This document shows positions 61,260 through 64,000 of a stretch of 64,000 bases of DNA, piece after piece (position 1 is the stretch's first letter; the number at the start of each line of letters is the position of its first letter). Source of the DNA: an uncultured delta proteobacterium (lineage in GTDB: Bacteria; Desulfobacterota; Binatia; UBA9968); NCBI GenBank assembly GCA_963745835.1, contig CAVUZH010000022.1, forward strand, positions 384,001 through 448,000, given 5' to 3'. Made by a program: the position numbers and the translations under genes. The notes under the pieces are model-generated. The model worked only from the letters and a program-made list of their open reading frames with translations. It was not told the origin of the DNA and did not search any database.

Positions 61260-62596
61260 ATGCAGCCGGCGGATGAGATTGTTGGCGTATTGCGAGATTC
61301 AGCTCAGCCGCTCACGGGCGCGAGCAATGATTATGATCCACTGCTCGAACTAATCGGTGACGCTCGTTTTGTCTTGCTCGGTGAAGCCACACCGGCACGC
61401 ATGAGTTTTACCGAGAGCAAGCCCAAATTACCAAACGGCTGATCGCCGAAAAGGGCTTTACCGCCGTAGCCGTCGAAGCCGATTGGCCGGATGCTTATCG
61501 TGTGGACCGTTACGTGCGCGGCACTGGCATGGACCCTAGCGCCGATGCTGCGTTGGCGGGTTTCGAGCGCTTCCCGACCTGGATGTGGCGCAACGCCGAG
61601 GTTCTCGATTTCGTCGGTTGGCTCCGCGCCCATAACGACACTATCAACTTGACTGAAATGAATGTCGGCTTTTACGGTTTCGATCTCTATAGCTTCTACA
61701 GCTCGATGGCGGCGGTGCTCGCCTATTTGGACAAGGTCGACCCAGAGGGCGCCAAACGGGCGCGCTACCGTTATTCCTGCTTTGATCAGTTTGGCGAGAA
61801 CACGCAGGCCTATGGCTATGCCGCAAGCCTTGGCCTGAGGGAATCCTGCGAACACGAAGCGATCGGTCAACTCGTTGAGCTGCGCCGTAACGCAATTGAA
61901 TATGCGAGCCGCGATGGCCGCGTCGCCGCTGAGGAATTCTTTTTTGCCGAACAGAACGCGCGGCTCGTCAAGGACGCCGAAGAGTACTATCGGGAAATGT
62001 TCCGGGGGCGCGAGTCGTCCTGGAACCTGCGCGACCGCCACATGGTAGATACATTGGAGCACCTGATCGGCTTTCTCGCGCGGCAAACCCTACGGCCTAA
62101 AATCGTCGTCTGGGCACACAACTCTCATCTCGGCGATGCCCGCGCCACCGAGATGACCAAGGGCGGAGAAATCAATGTCGGGCAACTCGTGAGCGAGCGC
62201 TACAAGAACGAAGCCGTGCTGATTGGCTTCAGCACATATATAGGGACGGTAACGGCTGCGACGGACTGGGATGGACCTGCCGAACGCAAGCGCGTCCGTC
62301 CGGCGCTTCCGGACAGTTATGAAGCGATATTCCATGATGCCGGCCTCAAGCGGTTCCTTCTCGACTTACACGATGAGCGCGTTCAAGTCCTGCGCGAACC
62401 GCGATTGGAGCGAGCGATCGGCGTTGTTTACCGGCCGGAAACTGAGCGTGCCAGTCATTACTTTCACGCCAATTTACCCGCGCAGTTCGACGCGATCCTG
62501 CACTTTGATCAGACGCGAGCGGTGGAGCCTTTGCAACCAACGGTCCACTGGCAAAAAGATCAAGAAGCTCCCGAGACGTTTCCATCCGGCGTGTGA
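61260..62596 (+). CDS. Erythromycin-esterase-family protein (1-nt deletion near 61392)
   Basis: LLGEA[T-H]GTHEFY split across frames; EADWPD, WMWRN, WNLRD, WAHNSHLGD, ERAIGV.Y. Confidence 0.88.
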
Positions 62597-62929
62597 GCGA
62601 GAGTCTGAAACCATGGCCGATTTGCGTGGCTTAAAACCAACGTCTCGTCGAATACCGGCGAAAGTAAGTTTAATGCGGATCGGAGCGAAAACATTAGGAG
62701 ACCGATATAGCAATCGACGGTGAAAACCGCAACGCAGCCGCTTGGCAATGATTCTCGTGTCCGTCTCAAGTCGGTTTCGATCTGAGCGGTGATATCGCAC
62801 AGAAATTCGCTATTGGTTCCGATATCTGTAATAAGTCTTATGCGATTCATTCCTGAAAGGATGCTGAAGTGTGATGATGGGCCGCCGTCAATTTTTCAGC
62901 ATGCTCACCTTCGCAGCGGCCGGGGCGGC

Positions 62930-63091
62930 GCTGAGCGGATGCCAGTGGTGCGAGATATCGCCCGTCTGTGCCCGCGCGGGCGTCTCGTGCTAATTCCCGA
63001 GGTCGCGCATACCCTGTGCTATACCGCGCCTGTCGAACTGGCGGATGTCACCCGATCATTCGTGAATGAGGCAAAGGACCTGATGTTGTAA
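62930..63091 (+). pseudogene. C-terminal remnant of an alpha/beta hydrolase
   Basis: P.GRLVLIPEVAH....APVELA....F resembles the His-loop end; no nucleophile region upstream. Confidence 0.35.
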
Positions 63092-63155
63092 AAAAAGATT
63101 TTTACAGGGATGCGGAACTAAAACCGACGTCCCGCCGATACTATAAGGAGATATC

Positions 63156-63653
63156 ATGCCGGAGAAAAAAACTGTCGAGAAAGCCAAGAGCGCCAGGCGG
63201 GAAGGAAAGGCGCCGAGCACACAGGCCGGCGAGTTCGTGCGCGAGGAGGTGCACCACGTAAGGGAAGGCAAGCATGGCGCACGATCCACGAAACAGGCTA
63301 TCGCGATCGGATTATCGAAAGCGCGTCGTGCGGGAGTCGATCTGCCGCCGCCCGAGAAAGGCACGGTTTCCGAAAAGACCCGGCGCAGCGCCGAGCGCGC
63401 CCGCAAGTCCGGCCGGCGCGGCAAGACCAGAACATCCCCTCGTCGCGCGCAAGCCACCAAGCGCGCCCTGAAGCGCGAAGGCCGCAGCGCCGCCTCGCGC
63501 AAGGAACTCTCGAAGCAGGCGCGTTCCGCGGCGCAAAGGCGCACGCCGTCCGAGCGCAAGACCTCGGCGAAACGAGCCGCGCGAACCAAAAGGCGCGGCG
63601 GGCGTTCCGCAGCCGCTCGTAAAGCCGCGCGCACCCGTGCTCGCCGCGGATAA
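63156..63653 (+). CDS. Basic histone-like DNA-binding protein (DUF6496-like N-terminus)
   Basis: TAAGGAG RBS; STQAGEFVREE..GKHGARS.KQAIAIGLSKARRAGV; R/K/A/S-rich tail. Confidence 0.85.
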   Translation: MPEKKTVEKAKSARREGKAPSTQAGEFVREEVHHVREGKHGARSTKQAIAIGLSKARRAGVDLPPPEKGTVSEKTRRSAERARKSGRRGKTRTSPRRAQATKRALKREGRSAASRKELSKQARSAAQRRTPSERKTSAKRAARTKRRGGRSAAARKAARTRARRG

Positions 63654-63686
63654 TGGGCACGACGACAAGTCTCGTCGATTCTTTAC

Positions 63687-63998
63687 CTAGAGCCACTGCA
63701 CCGCGTAACGTCCAAGACTTTGTGCGAGAAAATCGTCGAGCTGATTCAAGCTCAGCGGCGGAGGCATCGGGTATCGTGAATGAATTTTGCGTTTGAGTTC
63801 GAAATGGTAGCGTACGAACACGGCGAAATCGCGGGGGTAGGCGCGCTCGTCCACGCCGATAAAGGCACCTTCTTTCCGCGCACGCAGGAGAATCCTGCGC
63901 CAATGTTCGATAGGGGTCAATCCGATTGACTCGACGCCGTGCGAAAAAAGCATCATGTAAATTTCGTCGAAAGGATCACTCGCATCGAGATAGGTTTC
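63687..63998 (-). CDS. Hypothetical protein, C-terminal part (5'-truncated by window)
   Basis: Frame open to the window edge: FSHGVESIG..GVDERAYPRDF. Confidence 0.6.
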   Translation of the reverse strand, partial: ETYLDASDPFDEIYMMLFSHGVESIGLTPIEHWRRILLRARKEGAFIGVDERAYPRDFAVFVRYHFELKRKIHSRYPMPPPLSLNQLDDFLAQSLGRYAVQWL

Positions 63999-64000
63999 GA

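Noticed and set aside
2007-61392. Many frameshifts (sucB ~2010, ~2455, actG ~10115, BON ~15891, hemerythrin ~17852, ~29293, esterase ~61392) as programmed frameshifting or pseudogenes
   Set aside because: They are single-base indels in both directions, often in short homopolymers, with no shared slippery motif, in otherwise intact genes. Sequencing error is the simplest explanation; reads are needed to confirm.
61260-62596. Macrolide-resistance gene
   Set aside because: Family-level similarity only; the PRTase linkage points to the widespread non-resistance subgroup.

Overview
Bacterial, moderately GC-rich window with no rRNA, tRNA, CRISPR or intact mobile element that I can see. Several single-base indels break clearly conserved genes, which suggests an unpolished long-read or metagenomic assembly. 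(1) 1-14744 is a respiratory block: end of sucA, sucB, an unknown membrane protein, a complete alternative complex III (actABCDEFG), SCO and an A2-type caa3 oxidase. (2) About 15.7-64 kb is a general-stress/dormancy-type region: BON, GFOR-like oxidoreductase, hemerythrin, ferritin-like, GlsB, F420-LLM, YihY, DUF3618 trio, topoisomerase IB, GH13, PRTase plus erythromycin-esterase-like protein, and histone-like proteins. (3) Inside it lies a 17-gene minus-strand cluster (21573-38492) for an unknown, probably inositol-containing glycan. It carries four CgeB-like glycosyltransferases, a GT4, Ino1, a TIGR04290-like methyltransferase, and two related clan GH-A-like domains: one is circularly permuted, the other lacks the nucleophile and is fused to an epimerase. 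Signals not shown by the ORF track: eight intergenic, correctly oriented sigma-54 (-24/-12) motifs TGG(C/T)AT-N5-TTGC in front of the stress genes and the glycan cluster; a GTC(C/G)C-N38-GGGAC element shared by three of these promoters; histone-H1-like tails in shifted frames; and Cys-rich zinc-ribbon microproteins. Family assignments come from motif recognition, not database searches.
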